A DNA stretch of 64,000 nucleotides from Nanobdellota archaeon (lineage in GTDB: Archaea; Nanobdellota; Nanobdellia; Pacearchaeales; GW2011-AR1). Of the stretch, positions 55,870-64,000 are shown one piece after another (the stretch's first letter is position 1; every line of letters starts with the position of its first letter). The stretch lies in NCBI GenBank assembly GCA_027334715.1, contig DAHWUG010000001.1, positions 107,158 to 171,157 on the forward strand, given 5' to 3'. The notes beneath the pieces were generated by a model. That model searched no databases, had not been told where the DNA came from, and was given only the letters and a program-made list of their open reading frames with translations. A program made the position numbers and the translations under genes.

Positions 55870-56475
55870 TTATTTAACCATTCTTATGTTACTTATCCTT
55901 GCTTCTCTTTTAAGTTTCTTTTCATGCATTTTTTTGCCTACAAATAATCCTATAAAGACTAATATAAATCCCAAGGCAAAGGCTGTTCCCTGTTCATATA
56001 TTAATTGGGTAAATACAGAAATGCCCATAAGCAGCAAACCAGAGATTATAAAAAAGCCGGGCCATTTGAATTTTATTATGACAAAAATGGCAAGAATTAC
56101 AGCAATAATTATCACTAATAAAGATTGCAAATTCCCTGCAAAACCAAGATTATACAAGACAGAACTGACATCGTAACCGCTTTGGTAGATATAGTAAACT
56201 ATGAGCGCAGCAACTGAAAAAGAGACAACGCCTGCCGCAACCCTGTTTGGCTCCCCTGATTTTTCTGTGAAAAGGCTCGTTCTTCTGATAGCCAAATTAA
56301 CAACTGTTAGGATTATAAGAAAAATCAAAATGTAGACAAATGTTGCAGGGTCAATTGTGCTGAAAAGATTATTAAGAGAAAAACCGCCATAACCACCTCC
56401 AAAAAACTGCGCACCCACAAGATTAATAAAAAATAAAGAAACTAAAATCGCTAAAACTAATACACCATTTTTCAT
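55870..56475 (-). CDS. polytopic membrane protein
   Basis: 201 aa with about five TM helices and a basic C-terminal tail. Confidence 0.45.
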   Translation of the reverse strand: MKNGVLVLAILVSLFFINLVGAQFFGGGYGGFSLNNLFSTIDPATFVYILIFLIILTVVNLAIRRTSLFTEKSGEPNRVAAGVVSFSVAALIVYYIYQSGYDVSSVLYNLGFAGNLQSLLVIIIAVILAIFVIIKFKWPGFFIISGLLLMGISVFTQLIYEQGTAFALGFILVFIGLFVGKKMHEKKLKREARISNIRMVK

Positions 56476-56568
56476 ATTTTACACAATTCTTTTTATCTTA
56501 TAAATATTGTTGATTTGTTCTTATGCTCCTATAATAATGTTTATAAATCTGTTTTGAGTAATTGGGAT

Positions 56569-56970
56569 ATGAGTAAAACAGTTGCTAAAATTTTTGGTGT
56601 TATAATAATTTTATTTGTTATTGCTACTTTTGTTATACCTAATATGATTCTTCCTTTTTCCCCCTTTATAGCTATACTCTTAGGAATTTTAGTAATGTTT
56701 ACTCCTTTAACAAGTTCAGGTGGACAACAGATATACGGACAAACATATCCTGCAGGAAGGGGATTTAGAGAAGGATTTTTTGCACATGTAAGGAGATGGT
56801 TCTTTGGAGCATATATGGTATTCGCTGGAATTGATGCTTTTTTATTTACTCCTCTTCTTCCTTATGTTGGCATAGACCAAACTATTGGGAAAATAATATT
56901 TGGTGCTATTGGATTGATATACCTTGTAGCTGCTTCTAAACACAGGAATTATCAAATAGTATCTGCTTAA
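56569..56970 (+). CDS. polytopic membrane protein
   Basis: I trimmed the track start at 56515 to the ATG at 56569, because TTTATAAAT lies about 25 nt upstream of it. Four hydrophobic segments. Confidence 0.4.
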   Translation: MSKTVAKIFGVIIILFVIATFVIPNMILPFSPFIAILLGILVMFTPLTSSGGQQIYGQTYPAGRGFREGFFAHVRRWFFGAYMVFAGIDAFLFTPLLPYVGIDQTIGKIIFGAIGLIYLVAASKHRNYQIVSA

Positions 56971-56994
56971 TCAATCGAAGAATTATTAAAGTTT

Positions 56995-57318
56995 TTAAGC
57001 GCCCTGCAATGCCCTTAATCTCTGGACATCCTGCATCGCTTTTATCTGGGCATCATTTATTGCCTTCATTTTTCTTACATCGCCAGATCCTGATGGTCCT
57101 GTGAAATTGCCACCAAATGCATTTTTCATCTTTCTTGCCTTGTTCCATGACATGAAAACAAAAACCAATATAAAAGCTCCAATGATTATTGAAAGAGTGT
57201 TATTGCTCAGTATATCAACGCCAATAACCGAACCTGCTGGAAGTAAAGATGGGAACACCAATGGCAATACAACAAGGGCTATACCGATGATTCCAGATAA
57301 AAACCTTCCTTTTCCCAT
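56995..57318 (-). CDS. small membrane protein
   Basis: 107 aa with two TM helices and a basic/helical C-terminus. Confidence 0.4.
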   Translation of the reverse strand: MGKGRFLSGIIGIALVVLPLVFPSLLPAGSVIGVDILSNNTLSIIIGAFILVFVFMSWNKARKMKNAFGGNFTGPSGSGDVRKMKAINDAQIKAMQDVQRLRALQGA

Positions 57319-57368
57319 TTCAATAATACGGATTTAATATTTATAAAGTTTAATGTTCTTTTTTTACA

Positions 57369-58151
57369 ATGGATGCAAAGGCGCCTTATGACCTTCTTGG
57401 AAACATAGCTCTTGTGAAATTTTCAAGGGAAACAAAAGCAAATGACAAAAAGAAGTTTGCAGACAATCTCCTGAAGAAAAACAAGTCAGTAGCAACTGTT
57501 CTGGAAAAGACAGGCGGGTTTAAGGGCAGGCTTAGAAAGCAGGAAACAAAGTGGGTAGCAGGAGTTAAAACAAAAGAGGCAATTTACAGGGAAAATAACT
57601 GCATTTTCAGGTTTAACCTTGATTCTGTTTACTTTTCTTCCAGACTAAGCAATGAAAGAAAAGAGATCGCAAAAATGATTCGTAAAGGAGACAAGGTATT
57701 TGTCATGTTTGCAGGAGCTGCACCATTTTCCATAGTGATTGCAAGGAATTCCAAAGCAGACATTGTCTATTCAAATGAAATAAACAAAAAAGCAAATGAA
57801 TACGGAAGATTAAATGCTGAATTGAACAAAGTCAAGAACAAAATAATATTTTTTGATGGAGATATAAAAAGAGTTGCAAAAAAAATCAAAAACAAGTTTG
57901 ATGTGATTGTTATGCCGCGTCCGCAGCTGAAAGACAGCTTTTTGAAAGAGGCATTTATGCTTTCAAGAAAAGGCACACGCATTTTTTATTATGACTTCTG
58001 CAAAGAGGATGATATGGATAAAGTTGTTAATAAGGTAAAATCAGAATCTGTTAGATACAGACATAAAATAAAAGTCTTGGGCATAAAAAAAGCAGGTGAA
58101 ATTGCCGCTTACAGATACCGGATTAGGGTTGATTTTAAAATGTTGAATTAG
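57369..58151 (+). CDS. trm5: tRNA (guanine37-N1)-methyltransferase Trm5 / Met-10+ family
   Basis: 260 aa with DLLGNIALVKF, the ...FRFNLDSVYFSSRLSNER pattern and a SAM motif, VFVMFAGAAPFSI. Confidence 0.7.
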   Translation: MDAKAPYDLLGNIALVKFSRETKANDKKKFADNLLKKNKSVATVLEKTGGFKGRLRKQETKWVAGVKTKEAIYRENNCIFRFNLDSVYFSSRLSNERKEIAKMIRKGDKVFVMFAGAAPFSIVIARNSKADIVYSNEINKKANEYGRLNAELNKVKNKIIFFDGDIKRVAKKIKNKFDVIVMPRPQLKDSFLKEAFMLSRKGTRIFYYDFCKEDDMDKVVNKVKSESVRYRHKIKVLGIKKAGEIAAYRYRIRVDFKMLN

Positions 58152-58426
58152 AATTTATTGCTTACCCTTGTTTCCAGATGAACCATAAAATCCTTTTCTC
58201 CGCTCATTCTTTTGTAGACTATAACTTCCTGTTCAGTTCCAGAAGGGTCTAGAAAAACATATTCCCTATTTGCTGTTTTTCCATCTATAATTATTGGTTT
58301 TGATGAGAAATATCTTCCACCCATTAATTCTAATTCGTCCAATGAAGCTCTTGCTGGAAGACCTGTTCTTGATTCAAAATCCATCAATCTTATTTCTCCT
58401 TCAGTTGTTATTTCTAATCCAGTCAT
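58148..58426 (-). CDS. hypothetical protein downstream of the HerA-like ATPase
   Basis: 92-aa ORF located 47 nt after the ATPase stop. Nothing recognised. Confidence 0.35.
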   Translation of the reverse strand: MTGLEITTEGEIRLMDFESRTGLPARASLDELELMGGRYFSSKPIIIDGKTANREYVFLDPSGTEQEVIVYKRMSGEKDFMVHLETRVSNKF

Positions 58427-58473
58427 ATTATTTTCTAATAAAAACCCCTTTTAAAACTTATGAAAATCAAAGT

Positions 58474-60897
58474 TTACAGCTTCTTCTCTGCCTTTACCGC
58501 AGTAGGAGCTTCTCCTCCATGCCAGGTGAATCTTGGGCGAACACGAATTGGATAAAGCCTTTCTGAGTTGTCGTCAAGAAGAACAGCGCTCCCCTTCAAA
58601 GAGGGAAGGTCGTCCATCTGCTTTTTTATGCTTTCAAGAACATAAGATTGCATTATGTAATTCAGTGCCTCTACATCCGGCTTTGATGTAACCCTATGCG
58701 CGATGACAATGTCCGATTGCGTCATTACATCATGATGTATTTGTCCTGGCTGCTGTGTTGCAAGAACAAGCGAAATCCCTGGCTGCCTTCCTTCTCTTAA
58801 AAGCTGGATTAAAGCATCTGTTGCAACTGTTTTTCCGTTCAATGGGAGAAATTCATGGGCTTCATCAATAAAAATCCAGACAAGCGGATTGTCTTTTTTT
58901 ATGCTTCTTGAAAGGTAATCGAGTCCCTGGGCAACTGATTCCGTCTCTTCCTCTTTTCTTGAATCCATTCTCTGGCTGAAGATTTTTCTGCAGAGAAGGC
59001 TTATTGCCAAAGCGCGGATATTAAAAACACCGACAGAATTGTAAACGCTTAAGTCAAGCACTGTTGTTATTCCTGCTGAAACCAATTGCTCAACTTTTGT
59101 GGCTTCTCCCCCTTTTTTTGCAAAGATTCCCCATGTATTTGCAGCTTCAAAAAGTCCGATTGCAGCGTTTTTTATTTCCTGGGGAGTTTTTTCATCTGAA
59201 TTCAATGCATCAAGAATATCATCAAGGTCATATTTTCCCTGCTCTTTTAATTTAGTAAGAACTCTTTGTATAATAATTGAAACAGGATTAATCAGCTCAA
59301 GACCAAAAGTAAGAATCCAGTCTTCAGGATTCAGCTCATTAACATCCAGGGCAAAAGTTTCATCTGCAGGAATCCCTTTTTCAAGATAAGAGTCATAATG
59401 TCCAAAAGGAACAAATATTTTTACAGGAAGATTTTTTTGCTTTAAATCCCATTCTGTCAGCAAATCCTTGTCCTTTTCATTTTTGAATTTCATTGTCCAA
59501 TAAATTCCCATTGTGTCAAAAATAAGAGAGCCTATGTTTTGGCTTGCCTCTTTTGGAAGAGAAGAAAGTTCTTCTGCTATAACCCCAAGGGTGTATGATT
59601 TTCCACTATTATGTGAAATTATTCCATTTGCAATGAAAGAATGATTTTTATCAACTGTTAAATCATAAACCTCTTCAATATTCTGTAAAAAAGAAATTTT
59701 TTTTATCTTTTTGCATACCAAACTTTCATCAATATAACAGGTTCTTCTTTTCCCCATATTATTAGCCTTATGGTTGTTTAATCTATCCTGTTTAAATTTA
59801 ATTATGCTCCCTATTCCCTTAAATTTTTCAATTGAATTATTGTCTGTTATAAATAACCTGTAACTTTCAAATTTCTTTCCATTTACTTTAGATATTTTTA
59901 ACCTTATTGACGATTCTATTCCAAAGTGAGTCAATAATAATTGCAAATCCTGTAAAAATTCTCTGGATTTTGAACTATAATCAATATATCTTCCTTTTTG
60001 AGGTATATAGCAATCACAAGAAAATAAGGCATTAATAAAATGGGACTTAAATTCATTAGAACTCTCAAATACTATTCTTGGAACCCTAATAATAGCCGAT
60101 TTATTTCCTTCTGGAACACCAAAGGAAATTAGTTTATTTACAACTGGTTGATGTAAAATCTGAACTACTTCACAATTGCAATCATTTCTTAAATATCTTT
60201 TTGCATAAACATTAAATTCCTGCTCAAAATCCTCTTTTGCCTGTGATAGGACTTCATTATCAGCATTGAATATTCTTATTCTTGCTTTTGTACCATTATA
60301 CAAATAGCCTCTTCCGTCTTTCCATATCCCTTTTCTAATTCTTATATTCCCATCAGCGAGTATATAACCTAATAATCTTGCTATTCTTAGGCTTTCTTTA
60401 CCTTTTTTAATCTCAGGCAATCCTAAAGGAAGAACTATTTTATCCCCAACTTTTAATTCTTCCCCGCCCCTCCAAAAAATATATTTTCCATAAGATGCAA
60501 GTAAGGGATGTTCTTTTGTAATTACTATCTCCCTTCCATCATCAAGTTCTATTTTTAAAAGCTCTTCATTCTTAATGGGATATTTTAAAAGTTTAGCATT
60601 TTCCAATTCAAAGTTCTTTTTGTCTTTGTTAAAAGATAATATCTTATCTTCTTTTTCATTAAAATCTTTTATTTTTTTATATCCTTTATCTGTAAATACT
60701 AACGTGTTCCCCTCAAGGCATCCCCTTTTTCCGGCAACCAGAATGACATGGGAACGGGCAACGTCCATGAAAATTTTGTTGCTTAAAGAAGTGTACTGCC
60801 CCATTTTCACGTAACCCTTTCCAATATACACAAGACCGCGATTTCCAAATGCCTTTTTGTCAGAAGCATCCCTTCCAACTGTTATATCATAACCCAT
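58474..60897 (-). CDS. HerA/FtsK-like (DUF87, COG0433-type) P-loop ATPase, interrupted by an intein
   Basis: 807 aa. The Walker A motif VAGKRG|SGKSYT is split by the intein. It has Walker B (VWIFIDEAHEF) and LREGRQPGISLVLATQQPGQI...SDIVIAHRV, which is typical of HerA-like ATPases. The extein is 436 aa. Confidence 0.75.
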   Translation of the reverse strand: MGYDITVGRDASDKKAFGNRGLVYIGKGYVKMGQYTSLSNKIFMDVARSHVILVAGKRGCLEGNTLVFTDKGYKKIKDFNEKEDKILSFNKDKKNFELENAKLLKYPIKNEELLKIELDDGREIVITKEHPLLASYGKYIFWRGGEELKVGDKIVLPLGLPEIKKGKESLRIARLLGYILADGNIRIRKGIWKDGRGYLYNGTKARIRIFNADNEVLSQAKEDFEQEFNVYAKRYLRNDCNCEVVQILHQPVVNKLISFGVPEGNKSAIIRVPRIVFESSNEFKSHFINALFSCDCYIPQKGRYIDYSSKSREFLQDLQLLLTHFGIESSIRLKISKVNGKKFESYRLFITDNNSIEKFKGIGSIIKFKQDRLNNHKANNMGKRRTCYIDESLVCKKIKKISFLQNIEEVYDLTVDKNHSFIANGIISHNSGKSYTLGVIAEELSSLPKEASQNIGSLIFDTMGIYWTMKFKNEKDKDLLTEWDLKQKNLPVKIFVPFGHYDSYLEKGIPADETFALDVNELNPEDWILTFGLELINPVSIIIQRVLTKLKEQGKYDLDDILDALNSDEKTPQEIKNAAIGLFEAANTWGIFAKKGGEATKVEQLVSAGITTVLDLSVYNSVGVFNIRALAISLLCRKIFSQRMDSRKEEETESVAQGLDYLSRSIKKDNPLVWIFIDEAHEFLPLNGKTVATDALIQLLREGRQPGISLVLATQQPGQIHHDVMTQSDIVIAHRVTSKPDVEALNYIMQSYVLESIKKQMDDLPSLKGSAVLLDDNSERLYPIRVRPRFTWHGGEAPTAVKAEKKL
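59608..60720 (-). mobile_element. 371-aa LAGLIDADG intein in the Walker A loop of the HerA-like ATPase (residues 60-430)
   Basis: The N-junction is AGKRG|CLEGNTLVFT, block B is ITKEHPL, the LAGLIDADG motifs are LLGYILADGNI and FINALFSCDCYI, and the C-junction is GIISHN|SGKSYT. Coordinates were checked against the DNA codons. Confidence 0.85.
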
Positions 60898-60945
60898 TAT
60901 AGTAAATAGCTGAAGATGTTTATAAAATTACTGACAACCAAAGTC

Positions 60946-60990
60946 ATTTTGCTTCGCAAAATACCCCTAAAAACAGGTTCGCGCTGTTTT
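60946..60990 (-). terminator. two adjacent 7-bp hairpins between rfcL stop and the ATPase start
   Basis: ATTTTGC-TTC-GCAAAAT lies at 60946-60962 and AAAACAG-GTTCGCG-CTGTTTT at 60970-60990. On the minus strand the second hairpin ends in a T run. Confidence 0.3.
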
Positions 60991-61065
60991 AATTTAACAA
61001 GAAACCAATTTTAACAACAGAGAATAATATTCAATTTTATCAGCATTTTTCACATTAAAATATTC

Positions 61066-62274
61066 TCATTCTGATCTGATCACGTTATGCAAATAAGCTA
61101 TTTCTTCCTCAGAAAGCCTGAGCTCCTTCTGTATTTCAGGCTTCATGAGAAATGCCTGCACTTCTGGAAATTCCTTGTAAGCCCTTTTTTCTCCGATGTG
61201 AACATACTCGCCATATTTTCTTGCTATTGACTTTTTCTTGTCATATTTCTGGTTATTGAGCCATATTTTGAGTATTCTTGTCGGTTTTTTGTAGCTAGTA
61301 AATCCGGTTTTGATATTTTTCTTTGCGCTTGAAATTCCATAACTCAAAAGGGCATTTTCATACACAAGGAAGCGCCAGTATTGCTGTCTGTAAATTCTTT
61401 TTTTGAATATGTCAACCTTGCTTAGGATATTAATCGCCCTTGCAAGCTCTTCGCCTTGATACTCTGCAGGAATATTTTCCTCAATCCAGAGAATTATCTC
61501 ATCAATAGGCATGTTGACTGAATCAAGAAGCTGAAGCATGTTTTCATTTGGTTTGCCCTTGAAAATCATTCTTAATGCGGAGAAGATATCCAATTCCTTA
61601 TTCCTTTCATCAAAAATTATTGCAGAAGGATCTTTCATCCCGGAAGCTGTCTGTATGTCATTTATTGCGGCACGCAAATCGCCCCTTGCCTTTATTGCAA
61701 TGTTTGTTACAATATCCCCTTCAAGAAATTTCTTCTCTTTTCTGAGAATAGAAATGAGGACATTCTTTATTGTCTTGTAATCTATCTCCTTTAACTGGAT
61801 TAAGTCTGCCTTTTTTCTTAATGCAGTGAATTTCCTGTCCCAGATGTCATTTGCGGTTATTATCATAGGATATGAGGAGGATTCAACAAGCGCAATAAGT
61901 TCAAGAAGACCGCCTTTATCTGTTTCTGAAATGCCGTCAACCTCATCAACAAGAATTATTTTCTTTTCTTTTGTCAGCGATCTTTGTTCTGTTGCCGGCT
62001 TTAGTATTTCAATCAGTTTTTCCCTGTTTCTTAGGTCAGAGGCATTTAATTCAAACAGTTCTGCATGATTCTCATTTGCAGCTGCAAAAGCCAATGATGT
62101 TTTTCCTGTTCCAGGAGGACCATAAATTATCACTGCCTTGTTGCCTATTGCGAATTTTTTAAGAAAATCTTTTAGCAGGAAAATAGCCTGCTGCTGCCCT
62201 TCAACTTCAACAAAATACTCTGGCCTGTATTTTTCTGTCCAGTTTACTGCTTTTTCAGGTTTTTCTTCTGGCAT
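61066..62274 (-). CDS. rfcL: replication factor C large subunit
   Basis: 402 aa with WTEKYRP, Walker A (GPPGTGKTS) and Walker B (ILVDEVDG). Confidence 0.85.
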   Translation of the reverse strand: MPEEKPEKAVNWTEKYRPEYFVEVEGQQQAIFLLKDFLKKFAIGNKAVIIYGPPGTGKTSLAFAAANENHAELFELNASDLRNREKLIEILKPATEQRSLTKEKKIILVDEVDGISETDKGGLLELIALVESSSYPMIITANDIWDRKFTALRKKADLIQLKEIDYKTIKNVLISILRKEKKFLEGDIVTNIAIKARGDLRAAINDIQTASGMKDPSAIIFDERNKELDIFSALRMIFKGKPNENMLQLLDSVNMPIDEIILWIEENIPAEYQGEELARAINILSKVDIFKKRIYRQQYWRFLVYENALLSYGISSAKKNIKTGFTSYKKPTRILKIWLNNQKYDKKKSIARKYGEYVHIGEKRAYKEFPEVQAFLMKPEIQKELRLSEEEIAYLHNVIRSE

Positions 62275-62290
62275 TTTGATTTACTCTTTT

Positions 62291-63250
62291 TTACAATCCT
62301 AATCCAGCAAGAACAAAACTTGCTAGAAGGGATTGGAGCTGAATGAAAGGGTCACTACCTTCGACAATCCTGAATTCTGCCTCGCCTGTTTTCTCAGTTA
62401 GCTTTACTTTAACTTCTGGCTCTATAGGCAAACTCCATAACTCTTTTTGGATTGCCTTTATAACGTCCTGACCTGAAACACCATCCCTTAGCATAGTGTC
62501 AAGAAGCTTTTCCCTGGCTTTTTGAAAGTCTCCTGAAATAGCATAATCCATAACAACCCTTATATCTTTTGGCTTTGCATTCGATATCACTGTTGAAACA
62601 AGGTCAAAATTTATTATCGGAGAAATTGAGGCTGTTGATTGAAGAATGTTAATGCATCTTCGGCAATCTCCCTCACTACCTTCATAAATTAATTCTAGAG
62701 CATCAGGGTTTATTGTAAGCTTTTCTCCTTCTGAAATCTTCTGTATTACCTTTGCTATGTCTTTTTTCTCCAGAAGCTTGAACCTGAAGATTGCGCAACG
62801 CGATTGTATCGGGTCAATAATTTTGCTTGAATAATTGCATGACAAAATGAAACGGCATGTTGATGAATAGTTTTCCATAGTTCTCCTCAACGCCTGCTGT
62901 GCTTCCGGAGTTAAGGCATCTGCTTCATCAAGGAATATTATTTTGAATGGCACATTTCCTATTGATTTTGTCCTTGCAAAATTCTTTACTTTTTCTCTTA
63001 TTATGTTAATTCCTCTTTCATCAGAAGCATTCAGTTCAAGATAGTTTTCCCTCCAGTTCTTTTCAAAAAGTTCTTTTACAACTATTAAAGCGAGAGTTGA
63101 TTTACCTGTTCCTGCAGGTCCTGCAAAAAGAAGATGAGGAATATTAAGTGAACCTGTAAGAGCCTCTACTTTTTTTACAGTATCATCCTGACCAACCACC
63201 TGGTCAAATTTAGAGGGCCTATACTTCTCTGTCCATATTTCAGAAACCAT
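62291..63250 (-). CDS. rfcS: replication factor C small subunit
   Basis: 319 aa with WTEKYRP, GPAGTGKST, IIFLDEADALT, and an SRC motif (QSRCAIFRF). No intein. Confidence 0.9.
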   Translation of the reverse strand: MVSEIWTEKYRPSKFDQVVGQDDTVKKVEALTGSLNIPHLLFAGPAGTGKSTLALIVVKELFEKNWRENYLELNASDERGINIIREKVKNFARTKSIGNVPFKIIFLDEADALTPEAQQALRRTMENYSSTCRFILSCNYSSKIIDPIQSRCAIFRFKLLEKKDIAKVIQKISEGEKLTINPDALELIYEGSEGDCRRCINILQSTASISPIINFDLVSTVISNAKPKDIRVVMDYAISGDFQKAREKLLDTMLRDGVSGQDVIKAIQKELWSLPIEPEVKVKLTEKTGEAEFRIVEGSDPFIQLQSLLASFVLAGLGL

Positions 63251-63391
63251 TTTTTTATTATTAAAATGTCAAATTTACTTTGACCGTCAATTTTGCCTTT
63301 GACGTGAGGCTTAATTCTGGAAGAAATTGCCGCTTATAAATATTGTTGTAGTGTTTTTAAAAAACCAACGAAAATTAAGAAAAAATAAATT

Positions 63392-63604
63392 TTAGTCCCT
63401 TAAAAGGTTTTCAACCCTATTATGGGCCTTATAACACAACACATTATTATTTCTTTGTTTAATAGTTATTTGTTTATCTCTTTCAAGAAGCTCTTCTAAC
63501 TCATCTATTTCTGTTAATCTCTCGGAAGCGCTTAAATTATGGATTCCTCTTATAAATCTTGAACCAACATATTGCGGATTGGTCATATAGTCCAAAGTAT
63601 CCAT
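63392..63604 (-). CDS. hypothetical protein
   Basis: 70-aa ORF. Confidence 0.3.
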   Translation of the reverse strand: MDTLDYMTNPQYVGSRFIRGIHNLSASERLTEIDELEELLERDKQITIKQRNNNVLCYKAHNRVENLLRD

Positions 63605-63650
63605 TTTTATAACAGATGATTTATATTTATAAAATTAATTATGAAATGAA

Positions 63651-63728
63651 TTATACACTTCTTTGCCTTCTTACTTTTCTTTTGTGCTTCTCTTTCCTGA
63701 GGCGCTTTCGCTGCCATTTCCATCTCAT
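63651..63728 (-). CDS. rpl41e: ribosomal protein eL41 (25 aa); alternative upstream ATG at 63767
   Basis: MRWKWQRKRLRKEKHKRKVRRQRSV resembles eukaryotic/archaeal L41e (MRAKWRKKR.RRLKRKRRK.R.RS.). The 61-aa track ORF extends into tRNA-Glu and was trimmed. Confidence 0.45.
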   Translation of the reverse strand: MRWKWQRKRLRKEKHKRKVRRQRSV

Positions 63729-63806
63729 TTGCCTTTTCTTTTTCCAGCGCCTTGAGCTTCTTTTCATGATAGAACTTGGAAAATTTGGTTTAAAAACATA
63801 ATGGAA

Positions 63807-63879
63807 CGCCCCTGCCGAGATTCGAACTCGGGTCACAGCCTTGAGAAGGCCGTATTCTTGGCCTCTGAACTACAGGGGC
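63807..63879 (-). tRNA. tRNA-Glu (CTC)
   Basis: The reverse complement folds as GCCCCTG TA GTTC AGAGGCCAA GAAT A CGGCC TTCTCAA GGCTG TGAC CCGAG TTCGAAT CTCGG CAGGGGC G. Length 73 nt. Confidence 0.85.
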
Positions 63880-64000
63880 TCACTCGCTTTGCTCGCTCGC
63901 CGCACAACCGCTTTATCAACCATCGGTTTAGTGCTTAATTTATTTTTTAAGCTGAGAAGTCTATTTAAGGTTTATTGGTAATTTCATTCTATCAAGTAAA

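Overview
The window is an AT-rich, gene-dense archaeal chromosome segment. I ran no searches. All calls come from reading the ORF-track translations and the DNA for motifs.

Gene content: the window is dominated by archaeal information-processing genes.
- Replication and repair: MCM, family-B DNA polymerase, RFC small and large subunits, FEN1, ATP-dependent DNA ligase, RadB, Nre, and a type IA topoisomerase.
- Transcription: TBP, TFS, RpoL and MBF1.
- Translation: aIF-1A, aIF-2beta, aRF1, MetRS, a ValRS-like synthetase, L15e, eL41 and NAC.
- Other: Sec61beta, Cdc48 and MinD.
- Many proteins are short, several genes are split, and three of the five tRNAs carry introns. This fits a reduced-genome, DPANN-like archaeon, which is an inference.

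RNA genes: there are five tRNAs. Asn-GTT, Gly-CCC and Lys-CTT have 38-46 nt introns at 37/38; Ile-GAT and Glu-CTC have none.

Mobile or selfish elements:
- A 400-aa LAGLIDADG intein splits the YxDTDS motif of PolB.
- A 371-aa LAGLIDADG intein splits the Walker A loop of a HerA-like ATPase.
- A free-standing LAGLIDADG gene is frameshifted at an A7 run.

Most interesting observations:
1. A third, intein-like Hint/BIL domain (Cys1, TxxH, terminal HN, but +1 Lys) sits inside a secreted cysteine-rich protein, ahead of a Gly/Cys-rich 59-aa tail. This protein is the first gene of a two-gene surface-protein locus with repeated PNPGH-Cys modules.
2. A Cdc48 operon is flanked by a Zn-ribbon/AbrB protein, a 46-aa ORF, and a WLM/SprT-like HExxHxxxxxH protease fused to an AN1-like zinc finger.
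3. A composite intergenic repeat carries perfect four-tract G-quadruplex motifs next to TATA boxes, together with a recurring GCGAGCGAAGCGAG box.
4. A 590-nt gene-free island contains direct repeats, palindromes and a possible small RNA unit.

Corrections to the ORF track: several track ORF starts were trimmed where they use TTG/GTG or overlap tRNAs. Two sub-60-aa genes missing from the track (Sec61beta, eL41) were added.

Not seen: no rRNA, CRISPR array or transposase.
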